64,000 nucleotides of DNA from positions 28,743,359 through 28,807,358 of the forward strand of contig CM119265.1 in the NCBI GenBank assembly GCA_051294375.1. Reading direction: 5' to 3'. Origin of the DNA: Paraspadella gotoi (Eukaryota > Animalia > Chaetognatha). The notes beneath the pieces are model-generated. The model was not told where the DNA came from and did no database searches. It saw only the letters and a program-made list of their open reading frames with translations. How positions within the stretch are numbered: the first letter of the stretch is position 1; every line of letters begins with the position of its first letter. Shown piece by piece: positions 52,261 through 64,000 of this stretch. A program made the translations under genes and the position numbers.

Positions 52261-52450
52261 CTTACTCTCTCTCTCTCCACTACTCTCCGGACCTAAGTTC
52301 GGGGAGGCTGGCTTTATCCTCGCAGTTTAATTGAGACTTAAATGCGCGCGTGATTCGTAGGTTGAGACGCGACGTTCGACCAATCCAACGATCATCACGT
52401 CTATCCTGGCAATGAGGCGATTGCCCTAGGTTTGCCGTAAAAATGACTCC
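49053..52450 (+). repeat. Essentially base-identical tandem copy of 45630-49027 (offset 3423), including the array at 49542-50867
   Basis: The ORF track repeats identically with a +3423 offset, and both copies follow 25-N gaps. Confidence 0.97.
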
Positions 52451-53431
52451 TTTTTTTAAAAAGCCGTGTACATTTCTCTCTGTTTTTTTTTTTGTTTTTT
52501 TTTGTTTTTGGCGGTAAGGAGGTACGGTAACTGAGCGTTATATTAGTACGTTACTCTTTCTTTTTAAATAATTAATTAATTAATTAATTTGTAATTTCTT
52601 TTTCATTTTTTCCCTTTAACTAATTTTCGGACTTCATTATAACAGGTAAGCAAATAACGATTTAAAACTGTTCATAAATTTATCAGTTTTCTTTAATTTT
52701 GTATTTTAATACACTTTTTCAATGACGAAACAACCAAGTCTTTCATCAAAGTTAGCGAGTGTCTTTTGTCTAAAACGTTTTTCTTGTCAACTCAAAAGAG
52801 GTCGCGTCGTATTAGACTTTAAAAAAAAACAAAAGATACGAAAAGTTTTTCTGCTGGAATTTGATGACTGCGATACAAAACGATGACATGTTTATGTATA
52901 ATTGTATAATACATGTATAATATTTATAATATATAATATAATATAATAAAATGTATAATACATTCAGAGACCGGTGCACCCTCCAGAGCCTCGACAAAGG
53001 TGTGGAGCCCGGAAAGTATCTTTAGAAATAAAAAAAAAAGTCAGTAATATAACAACGCCTGATTCTGACTTTTAAATACTTGCTTTATCAGGCCCAGATC
53101 TTAAAAAAATATTCTTAAAAATCTCATTAAATAATCTTATTAAAATAGTAGAGTCAAGAACAAATACGGCCCTGAGCTTGGCTTATTAAAGGGTTTCACT
53201 ATTTCATACTAACGACATTAGCTAATATTATTTTTAAAAAAATCGTCAGCTAATTGATTGGAGGGACAATGATGTTTTTTTTAATTCATTTTGGCATAAA
53301 ATTACGAGACATTATTAACAAATTTAGAAGTTAACCCACAGATAAAGATCATTGATATATTTTTTTTTCTAGATTAAAAACATTTCGTTGATTGAAAGAG
53401 AAGTCGGTACTCAATTCAAGCATTTTTGAGA

Positions 53432-53478
<47 letters not shown>

Positions 53479-54125
53479 TCTTCAGAGTCAAGAGGACGAA
53501 AAAAAAGTTGTTTAAAAAAATAAATTGGACAAAAAGAACGAATTTGTAGTAATAAAAAAAAGGATAAATACAATTTTTTTTAGATTTGACATAAATTTAT
53601 GACTAAAATTTATTTTAAATTTACTGTGTCCTATTATCCAATTATTATTAAATTTTTGATTTTAATTTAATTTTTGATTCATAAAAAGTATTTTTATATC
53701 TAATCAGGCTTTATATCAATTTGAATGAGATCAATTCAAACATCAATNNNNNNNNNNNNNNNNNNNNNNNNNNNNNNNNNNNNNNNNNNNNNNNNNNNNN
53801 NNNNNNNNNNNNNNNNNNNNNNNNNNNNNNNNNNNNNNNNNNNNNNNNNNNNNNNNNNNNNNNNNNNNNNNNNNNNNNNNNNNNNNNNNNNNNNNNNNNN
53901 NNNNNNNNNNNNNNNNNNNNNNNNNNNNNNNNNCTTGGAAATGAAAATCAAATTAAAACATCAATTTTTAATGGAAAATCTCTTCTTTTTTTAATGAGAT
54001 CAATTCAAGCATCAATTCGTAACAAATTTTCGTTAAATCTTAAAAATGCGCGAGGCTTTTAATGAAGATTTCCACTTGACATCGTCAAATTATCGCTCGA
54101 TTAATTTTGCTTAATTTAGGTAAAA

Positions 54126-54159
<34 letters not shown>

Positions 54160-54795
54160 NNNNNNNNNNNNNNNNNNNNNNNNNNNNNNNNNNNNNNNNN
54201 NNNNNNNNNNNNNNNNNNNNNNNNNNNNNNNNNNNNNNNNNNNNNNNNNNNNNNNNNNNNNNNNNNNNNNNNNNNNNNNNNNNNNNNNNNNNNNNNNNNN
54301 NNNNNNNNNNNNNNNNNNNNNNNNNNNNNNNNNNNNNNNNNNNNNNNNNNNNNNNNNNNNNNNNNNNNNNNNNNNNNNNNNNNNNNNNNNNNNNNNNNNN
54401 NNNNNNNNNNNNNNNNNNCTCTGCAATCAAGTGACTATTATCGCGCGCCAACATATCACCAATGTAATGGCGGAGAGAATTGTATAAAGGGCGGGAGGTA
54501 AGAGGAGGAGAAGAAGAATAGATTAGGAAAAAGTTATTGGAGCCGCAGGAGAAAGACGAGAGTTAACTTTTGCGCTTAACTTATTCTCTCTCTCATTTCT
54601 CTCTCTTCTCTCTTCTTCTCCTCCTCTCTTCTCTCTCTCTCTTCTCCTCTCTCTCTCTTATTTTCACTCCGAAACAATAGTTTTTAGACAATGATCGTTT
54701 TAGCTTCAATGAATGATTTTTTTCGCATTTTTTTTTAAACAGAAGAAAGAAAAATCGGGACAAAGATTATCGATTTTAATTCAAGATGAATGTGG

Positions 54796-54837
<42 letters not shown>

Positions 54838-55947
54838 GAGAATCGCAAGCAATCTCAATTTTGCCTTTTTTTTGTTGGAAAAAAAAGTAAGATGGGAAAT
54901 GTTTTTATTTAAAATCGTTTTCTTTCAACTATTGTATTGCAATTGATGTACATATATATCTGTAATAAAAACTAGAAAAAAAATTATTGTTCTAGAAAAA
55001 GTCCCCATACTATTACAAAAAATGTGTATCGCCTAATTTATTTAAACATTTTTTGATTTCAACATCATTTGATGCTTTTGTTTTTGTAAAAGGCCTATTC
55101 CAATGCGTGATGAAAGGAGGCCAATCTCAAAATCTTTAATTAATTAAATTTAAATATTACTTATCTATAACTATGAATAATAATAATATATACTCTACAA
55201 GAGACACTCTATTTCGTCCTCTCCAATTTCGTCTCCGCCTTTCGATCGGAAATGTCCACAGATGACGCTTCATTAGCGCCATTTTTTCCCTGGTGGCGAA
55301 AAAACTGATTCTGAAAAACAAAATGCCGACAAACGACGCTGTCCTTCGCTCGTTTTGTACGGCAAGACAGCAGCAGGTTTTTTAAAAGTCGGCAAAAACC
55401 GACTCGATTTCTTTGTTCTGTCGTGCTTAGATTGTAAAAGCTGAGAGAGAGACTGAGAGCGAAGACGAGCACGAGAGATTTGAGAGAGAGACGACACTTG
55501 AACTGTGAGAGACCGATGAGCGACTCCGTGATAGAGGAGAGAGAGATGCATGAGAGCTAGAGCGTAGTGGAGAGAGGACGAGAGAGAGCAATCAGAGAGA
55601 GAAGAAGAGAGAGAGAGAGAAGAAGAGAGACGAGATTCCAAAATGGGATTTAAATGAATGAAGACGTAGACGATCTGGCGCCAAAGCGGGAGTGACGTAA
55701 TGTCGGAGGCGCCTCTTCGCTTCCTCCTCTATCCTCTCCTCTTCTTCTCTCCTCCTCCTCTTCCCTGCACCGCAGGGTGGAGCGTGAGTCACCCACAAGA
55801 AAAGAAAGACAGTCTCTCGGGATTCAACTCTACCTTTTAATTCTTGTTTTTTTATTAAATAAATTAATCGATTTATTAAAAATATTTTCAGTTAAATCCG
55901 AGCGAAATATATTATTGTATTTGTTCTTTTTCTTGAAAGTCGCAGCT

Positions 55948-56037
<90 letters not shown>

Positions 56038-57093
56038 GATAATCACTGCGTTAAAAGAATATTAAACCTAAGTTTCGCGGCGAAGAGAGAGAGTGGGTCA
56101 TGAATTCTTCGTTGTCATTATGACGATCCATACGCTCTCTCTCTCTCTTTCTCCTCTCTCTCTCTCTCTCTCTCTCTTGTCTCTCTCGTCTCATTCTCTG
56201 GCGCCACGGAATTGTTTACTTCCCCTGCGTCATGCTGCTCAGAACAGGAACATGTCTACCGATAATTGCCGGTTGGCATTCGCGTAGGATCATGTTAATA
56301 TGGCCCAGTATCCGTGGCCATGGCGAGCGGACCAGGAGAGCAGAACGGAAGAGAGAGAGCGAGGAAGAGAGAGAGAGAAAACGAGAGAGCGGAGATGGAG
56401 AGAGAAGAGACGAGAAGATCGAGAGATGCGGAAAGAACGAGGTGCACGGAGTCGTCAAGGGAGTAAAGAGGAGTAGAAGAGAGAAAGAGAGCCGAGAGAT
56501 TGCGGAGCGAGGAACAATGATTGTCGAGTTCAAAAAGGTAAGTGGGTCTCGAGTTGATAAGCAAAAAATCAGCGTTGAGAGAAGTATGAAGTTCGCCATA
56601 AACAAAATCCGTGACAGAGAGACAAGACAATTCTTCAATCAGCGTACAATCAATACGGTATGAAATGTGTTAACAGTGCTATTTAAAAACGAAAACATAT
56701 TCTTTTACTCATGTGCGGATACTTTCAAATCCATTTTGTCTACTTCATTGTTCTACACCTTCTATGTAGATGAGACCAAAATTGTAAATTTACATGCTCT
56801 TTTTCCATTTATTAAACAAACAGCTGATTTATTCAAAGAACAGTTGTTTTTTTTTAATTGGTTGGTGCGAATCATTTTATAAAAATCTAATTAATTTCCA
56901 AATTTTTAAATTTACTATTTTAATCTGTTTTTAATCTATTTTCATCAAACTTATTATTTTTAATCTTTATTTTTGTTTTCTTTTCTTCTTTTGGTCGAAT
57001 TTTGTTTTTGTCTTTTGCTTTCGGCGCCGCCGACCCTTTGATCTTCGCATTTAACCTGGCGCGCATTGGAGATTTGGACCGTCTCTCTCTCTC

Positions 57094-57129
<36 letters not shown>

Positions 57130-57159
57130 CTCTCTCTCTTCTCTCTCTCTCTCTCTCTC

Positions 57160-59235
57160 TCTCCTTTCATTCCCTCCATATTCTTCTACCAAAACGACTA
57201 CCAAGTCTTTTCCCTTTGATGCAATTGTTCCGGAAATTGTCTCTCTCTCTTCTCTCTCTCTCTCCTCTCTCTCTCTCTTCTCTCTCTCTTCTCCTCTCTC
57301 TCTCTCTCTCTTTCTTCGCCATTCGCGAAATTGTCAACCATCGAAAGACACCCAAAAACGCGTTGGCGCCTGCGAGGAAGAGGAGAGAGGAGGAGGAAGA
57401 GGAGGAAGAGGAGGAACGAGGAGGAAAAAAGGAGGAGGGAAGCTCATTGTCTATATTGTTATTGTTGTCTGTCTTCCCGGTTGATGGCCCCGGGAGTCGA
57501 GCCTTTGGTCGAAGAGAAGAAAAAGGGAGGGGAAAAGGAAAAGGAGGGAGGAAATGGAGAAATGGAAAAAGGGAGGAAAGGAAAAGGGAGGAAAGGAAAA
57601 AATAGGGAAAGGAAAAGAGAGCAATAGAAAAGGATGGAATGGAAAAGGGAGAAAAAGAAAAGGAAGGAAAGGAAAAAAAAGAAAAGGAAAAGGGGAAAAA
57701 GAAAAAGGAGGAAAGGAAATCAGAAGAAAGAAAAAGGGAGGAAAGGAAAAGGGTGGAAAGGAAAAAGGAGGAAAGGAAAACAGAAGAAAGGAAAAGGGAG
57801 GAAAGGAAAAGGGAGGAGGGGGAAAAAGAAAAGGAAAAAGGGAAAAAGAAAAAGCAGGAAAGGAAAACAGAAGAAAGGAAAAGGGAGGAAAGGAAAAGAG
57901 TGGAAAGGAAAAAGGAGGAAAGGAAAACAGAGGAAAGAAAAACAGAGGAAAGGAAAATGGAGGAAAGGAAGAGGGAGGAACGAAGATTAAAAGAAAGAAG
58001 AAAAATGGAAAGAAGTTGACTAAGGAAAGTTCTTTTAAAGAAATAAGTTATTTCAACTCCAATATTGATCTTTTCTGGTTATCTAATTTAATAAATCATC
58101 GAACATTATTCTACTCCTAAAATTATCTTTTTTCGCTCCTCCTATGATTCTGTTTTGCTCCTTCATTGATCTTTCTGGATATTTTTTTCGCCGTCTCCGT
58201 CTCCGTCTCGGGAAATCTTTAAATTCTCTTTCTCTGTCTCTGTCTCTGTCTCGCTTTATATTTATATTCTTGATATTTATTTCATTCTTCCAACTTTCTT
58301 TATTTTTTTTGGTTTTTTTACTTTCTTCATATTTTTTTTTAATCCTCTCCTTCTCTATATTCTTCCTCTTTCCTCATTCTTTCTCTTTCTTCCTTCCTTT
58401 CCTCCTTCCCTTTTTCTCCCTCTTCCTCCCGTTCCTCCTTCTTCCTCCCTTTCCTCCTTTTTCTCCTTCTACTGCCCTTTCCTCTTTTTCCTCCATCCTC
58501 ATTCTTCCTCCCTTTCCTCCTTCTTCCTCCCTTTCCTCCCTTTTCTCCTTTTTCTCCTTCTACCTATTCCTCTCTTTCCTCCCCTTCCATCTATTCTTTT
58601 ACTCTCTTTTCTCCTTCTTCTTCCCTTTCATCTTTTTTCCTCCCTTTCCTTCTTCTTCCTCACTTTCCTCCTTCTTTCCTTCTTTTCACCTTCTCTCTCT
58701 GGCCTCTCATTAAGGATGGCGTCTGCCTTAAGGTTCTCGTTGCGACTCGAAAAGTAGAACTGACAACGATTTCGTCGCAAGAAAAAAAGAAAAATCTTTT
58801 TATTTCAGCCTTCGCTGGTAGGTCAGTCAATCAATTTGTCATTTTAATAATTTCATGCTTTAAACAAGCTTAAAAATAATGTTTTTTTAGAATTATATTT
58901 AAATTGCGATCATATGAAATAAATGAAATTTAATTAATTTATCTATTTATTTTTTTAAACATTTGGTTAACTTTTTTTTAATTATTTTTTTTCTAATATT
59001 TTTTAAATTTTTTTCAATAATTTTTAAAATTTTTCTATTTTTAAAAATATTTTTTACTAATATCCTATTAAAAAAGAGTATTTTTTCCGGCTCGACTTCA
59101 CCCCTAAAAAGTAATGACGGCGGGATGTTTATTTATTACTTCGTAATCTCAGATTTAGCGCTCAACTTTCTTAGCTACTGGTTTTATGTTCATTTCTTAT
59201 TGTTGTAATGTCACCGCACACTGGGTTTGAGACAG
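57160..59235 (+). repeat. Segment duplicated at ~60870-62945 (purine tract then pyrimidine tract, with unique flanks)
   Basis: Shared 'ggatggcgtctgcctta', 'cgacttcacccctaaaaa' and 'gttgatggcccc'. The copies differ by indels. Confidence 0.92.
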
Positions 59236-59409
59236 AAGGCGACCTAATTACCCATTTATAAATCGTTACGGGGTGTGATTGCGATGTCGAATTTTCCAAC
59301 CCAGTGTGTCGCTGAAAACAAGTTTGACCGTGAGACTTGGTGAGACTCACTGATGGAACTGTCGAGAATTGTTCATGATTTTATTGTGATGATGCCACTG
59401 GGCGGTGGC

Positions 59410-59660
59410 GACGATGAAGACGACGATGACGATGATGAAGGCGACGACCAAGACGACGATGATGATGATGACAAAAATGACGACCACGATGAAGAAGACG
59501 ACGATGACGACGACAAAAATGACGACTACAACTATGCCAATGACGACGACGACGACGACGATGACAACGACTAAATCATTATTGACGATCGACTCGACGT
59601 CAACAGTCGCGTCTTTGTGGCGACGACGACGACGACGATGACGACGACGACGACAACGAT
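59410..59660. repeat. (GAC/GAT)n trinucleotide tract
   Basis: Direct reading. It produces the poly-Asp ORF 59353-59574. Confidence 0.9.
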
Positions 59661-60970
59661 TATGAGAAAGTCTTGACGACGAGTCTTCCATCTGCTTTGC
59701 TGACCCATTGCAACGATTTCTGCAATGCTCAACTCCTCCCGTCGCCTCCAACAAAACATTTTCCTTCTTTTGCTCTTTTTTCTTCCAGATCTTTTTTTTT
59801 CTTTTTTCTACCACCTCTCCCTCTTCTTCTCTTCCTCCTCCTCTTCCTCTCCTCCCTCCTTCTTCTCTTCCTCCTCCTCTCCCGCTCCCTTCTCCTTCTC
59901 TTCCTCCTCCTCTCCTCCCTCCTTCTTCTCCTCCTATCTCTTCCTCTCCTCCCTCCTTCTCTTCCTCCCACCTCTTCTCCTCCCCCATCTCTCTTCCTCT
60001 TCCTCTCCTCCCTCCTCCTCTTTCTCCTCCTCCTCCTCCTCCGTCGGACGCGTCAACCGGAAGTTAACGAGAAGTGGGCGTGGCCAAAGTCGACGTCCGT
60101 AGTTTTCCTGGAAGAAGATAATTTTATTTTTAATTTCACTTGGGTTTTCCTTAATCTATCGAAGTATAACGGAAGCCATAACTATAAAAACTAAAAAACT
60201 TACCAAAATACCATAATATGACGATAAAATGGCAAAAACATGGCATAGCAGAGGCCAAAAGATGGCAAATTATTGGTTAAAACATGTCAAAGAAATTATG
60301 AAAGACACAGCAAATAATCCTTATAACATTCTATGTGATTATCTTTTTAGCTTCTTCAGTATATAAATTGTGCCAATTTTATGGCATAAAAATGATGAAA
60401 ACATGGCAAAGTGGTGGCTATAACATGGCAGATAAGTGATGATGACAAATAAGTAATGAAATCCTGGTAAAGAAGTGGCTATTTATTACATGGCAAATAG
60501 ATATAAAAACATGGCAACGAGGTGGCGACACCGGAAGTCATCGCCAGGCGCCAAAGTCAGCGTCGCCGCTGTCGACGCTTCCTCCTTCTCCTCCTCCTCT
60601 TCCTCCTTCTTTACCACCTTAACGATGCCGCTAATCATCTCAGAGCCTCGAGACAGAAACTTTTCCTTCCTTTTCCTTTTATCCTCCCTCTCTCCTTCTC
60701 TCCTTTCCTCTCTCTCTCCCTGTCCCCTTCCCTTCTTCCTCCCTTCCTCCCNNNNNNNNNNNNNNNNNNNNNNNNNATTGTTTCTGCGAAGAATAGAGTG
60801 AAAATTACGATTCTACTTAATGTACAGTAATAACACTTCTCTCCTCCTTCTCCTTCTTCTCTCTCACATCTCTTTCATTCCCTCCATACTTCTCTACAAC
60901 GACTACAAGTCTTTTCCCTTCGCCATTACGATTGGATTCTCTCTCTCTTTTCTCTCTCTCTCTCCCTCCC

Positions 60971-61003
<33 letters not shown>

Positions 61004-64000
61004 TACTTCGCCATTCGCGAATGTCAACCATCGACAAGACACCATAAAAACGCGTCTGGCGCTCTGCGAGGAAGAGGAGAGGAGAGGAGGAGGAGGAAGG
61101 GGAAGAAACGCGAGGAGGAGAAAAAAGAGGAGGGAAGCTCATTGTCCTATATGTTATTGTTGTTGTCTCCCGTTGATGGCCCCGGAGTCGAGCCTTGGTC
61201 GAAGAAAGAAAAAGGGGAGGAAAAGAAAAGGGAGGAAAGGAAAATGGAAAATGGAAAAGTGAGCACAGAGAAAGGGAGAAAAGGAAAAAATAGGGAAAGG
61301 AAAAAGAGAGCAATAGAAAAGATGGAATGGAAAAGGGAGAAAAGAAAAGGAAGGAAGGAAAAAAGAAAAAGGAAAAGGGATAAAGAAAAAGGGGAAAGGA
61401 AATCAGAAAAAAAAAGTGGAGGAAAGGAAAAGGGTGGAAAGGAAAAAGGAGGAAAGGAAAACAGAAGAAAGGAAAGGAGGAAAGGAAAAAGGGAGGAGGG
61501 GAAAAGAAAAGGAAAAAAGGGAAAAAGAAAAAGCAGGAAAGGAAACAGAAGAAAGGAAAAGGGAGGAAAGGAAAAGAGTGAAAGGAAAGGAGAGAAGGAA
61601 AACAGAGGAAAGAAAAACAGGGGAGGAAAGGAAAATGGAGGAAAGGAAGAGGGAGGAACGAGATAAAAGAAAGAAAAAAAATGGAAAGAAGTTGACTACG
61701 GAAAGTTCTTTTAAAGAAATAAGTTATTCAACTCCAATATGATCTTTTTCTGTTATCTATATAATAATCATCGAACATTAGTTCTACTCCTAAAATTATC
61801 TTTTTTGCTCCTCCTATGAATCTCTGTTTCCCCTTCATTGATCTTCTGGATATTTTTTCGCCGTCTCCGTCACGTCTCGGAAACTTCAAATTCTCTTTTC
61901 TCTGTCTCTGTCTCTGTCTCGCTTTATATTTAAATTCTTATATTTATTTCATTCTTCCAACTTGGTCTTTATTTTTTGGTTTTTTTACTTTCTTCATATT
62001 TTTTTTTAATCCTCTCCTCTCTATATTCTTCCTCTTTCCTCATTCTTTCTCTTTCTTCCTTCCTTTCTCCTTCCCTTTTTCTCTTCTCCCGTTCCTCCTT
62101 TTCTCCCTTCCTCCTTTTTCTCTTCAACTGCCCTTTCCTCTTTTTCCTCGCATCCTCATTTCCTCCCTTTTCGCTCCTTCTTCACTACCTTTCCCCTCCC
62201 CCCCCCCCCCCCACCCCACCCCCCCTCCCCTTTCCTCTTTTTCTCCTTCTCTATTCCTCTCTTCCTCCCCTTCCATCTTATTCTTTTACTCTCTTTTCTC
62301 CTTCTCGTTCCCATTTCATACTTTTTCCCTCCCTTTCTTCTTCTTCCTCACTTTCCTCCTTCTTCCATTCTTTTCACCTTCTCTCCTCTGGCCTCTCATT
62401 AGGATGGCGTCTGCCTTAGTTCTCGTTGCGCTCGAAAAAGTAGAAACTGACAACGATTTCGTCGGCAAGAAAAAAAAAGAAAAATCTTTTATTTCAGCCT
62501 TCGCTGGTACGGTCAGTCACATCACTTGTGGTTCATTTTAATAATTTCATGCTTTAACAAAGCTTAAAATAATGTTTTTTTAGAATTTATATTTAATTGC
62601 GATCATATGAAATAAATGAAATTTAAATTAATTATCTATTTTATTTTTGTAAAACATTTTGGTTAAACTTTTTTTTAATTATTTTTTTCTAATAATATAT
62701 TAATTTTTTTCCAAATAATTTTTAAAGATTTTTCTATTTTTAAAATATTTTTTACTAATATTTCCTAATTAAAAAAAGAGTATTCTTTCCGCGTCGACTT
62801 CACCCCTAAAAAACTAATGACGGTCGGGATGTTTATTTATTACTTCGTAATCTCAGAATTACGGCTCAACTTCTCTAGCTACTGGTTTATATGTTCCATA
62901 TTTCTTATTGTCTGTAATGTTCACCAGAGTGCACACTGGTCTTGAGGACACGCAAGGGCACGCGTAATATATTATCAGCCTAAAGAAAGCGCATTTATTG
63001 GGTTTAGATTCGATGTTTCACGGCTTATACTGTTTGGTCGTTAGTGAGGGTGTGATTTGGGGCGAATGTGATCGGATTCTATTGTTTTTTTCTCGTCAAC
63101 GCCAACTTGTCGCTTTGGGAGGTTCGCTGAATATGAATGAGAGATAATATGATCTTCGTATTATTTCAAACGTTTTTGCGCGATGAGAGAGCACTAATTT
63201 TTTTGTACGAAGATAGATTAAGCGTCACAGTGTAATAAAGGTGTAATCTTTGTTTATTATAGCGTCGTCCGCTGAAGGAGATAAGAAAAAAAATTAAGGA
63301 TGAAAAAAAATTGAAATTAGTAGTGATTAGGGAAGATGGAAGGCGCAAAGAGAGGAATCTAGGTGGCGAACGATAGAAGAGCGAAATGAACGATGATAGT
63401 AAAGCGACGACCAAGAACGACAATGATGATGGATATTGGAGAAGAAATTTGCAATCCGGTAAGTCACAGTTAGTCGTAGCAAGCAGCCAATGACGAGAGA
63501 AGATCAAGATATAGGAGAGACAGAGGGTTCACACGTATCGGCGGAGAGGCCTGGAGTAGGCGACGTACTATTCACTTGAGGAAAGATGGGTATCTCGACT
63601 ACTAAATAACGGAGTTTCGACAGACTTCAGTGTGCGAGCTCGACCGAGGGAAAAAACGGTAAGTAGCCGGAGTGAACGTGATAGGAGTATCGAGGCTAGA
63701 ATCAAGAACGAGAATCTCAGATAGATAAAGTCATTAGAGCTGAATCAGAAGGTGTTCCACATTTATAGACATTGCTGCACGGAGCAGAAGGGAGGGAAGG
63801 TTTGCAGACCCACGACTCTCGCTAGAGCGCAAGCTCAAACTAGCTCTTGCACATGAGGTCGGTATAGTCCACGTCATCACTCTATTGTACTCATTCTTCT
63901 CGTTTGGACTTTTTCCGTGTGGATATATGAGCAGAGGAGTGTGACTCTTATGAGGGGTATGTGTAGCGTATGTCTAGATATGAGAGGGCGCGAAGAGAGC

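Noticed and set aside
56232-56663. 143-aa ORF containing an AG|GTAAGT donor-like site near 56538
   Set aside because: Largely AG-repeat derived, with no domain or acceptor evidence.
57554-58713. Lys/Gly/Glu-rich and Phe/Ser/Leu-rich ORFs
   Set aside because: Stop-free purine and pyrimidine low-complexity tracts; frames are not conserved in the duplicate at 61-62 kb.
62950-64000. Non-repetitive terminal sequence as a gene or TE fragment
   Set aside because: No meaningful ORF or motif; it resembles a low-quality read extension.

Overview
This is repeat-rich, AT-rich eukaryotic (probably invertebrate animal) DNA from a gappy draft assembly. I find no credible protein-coding gene: nearly all long ORFs are microsatellite or N-gap read-through. 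Much of the window consists of direct or inverted near-duplicates that differ by indels and sit next to 25-N gaps, which looks like long-read gap-filling artefacts or merged haplotypes. The notable biology is a ~320-bp non-coding repeat found as two independent ~4-unit tandem arrays (31287-32556 and 46119-47444, the latter copied exactly at 49542-50867) and as dispersed fragments. Each unit carries a 63-nt motif that I can map by eye onto a circularly permuted twister ribozyme, with compensated P4, T1 and T2 pairs and a palindromic GGCC in place of P1. One array has an empty-site counterpart in the window and is flanked by TATAT, a probable target-site duplication. Together these suggest a mobile tandem 'twister retrozyme', possibly cleaving as a dimer. 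Weaker tRNA-derived and ribozyme-like elements cluster at 34.5-36.7 kb. All structure calls are manual and need covariance-model and in vitro tests.
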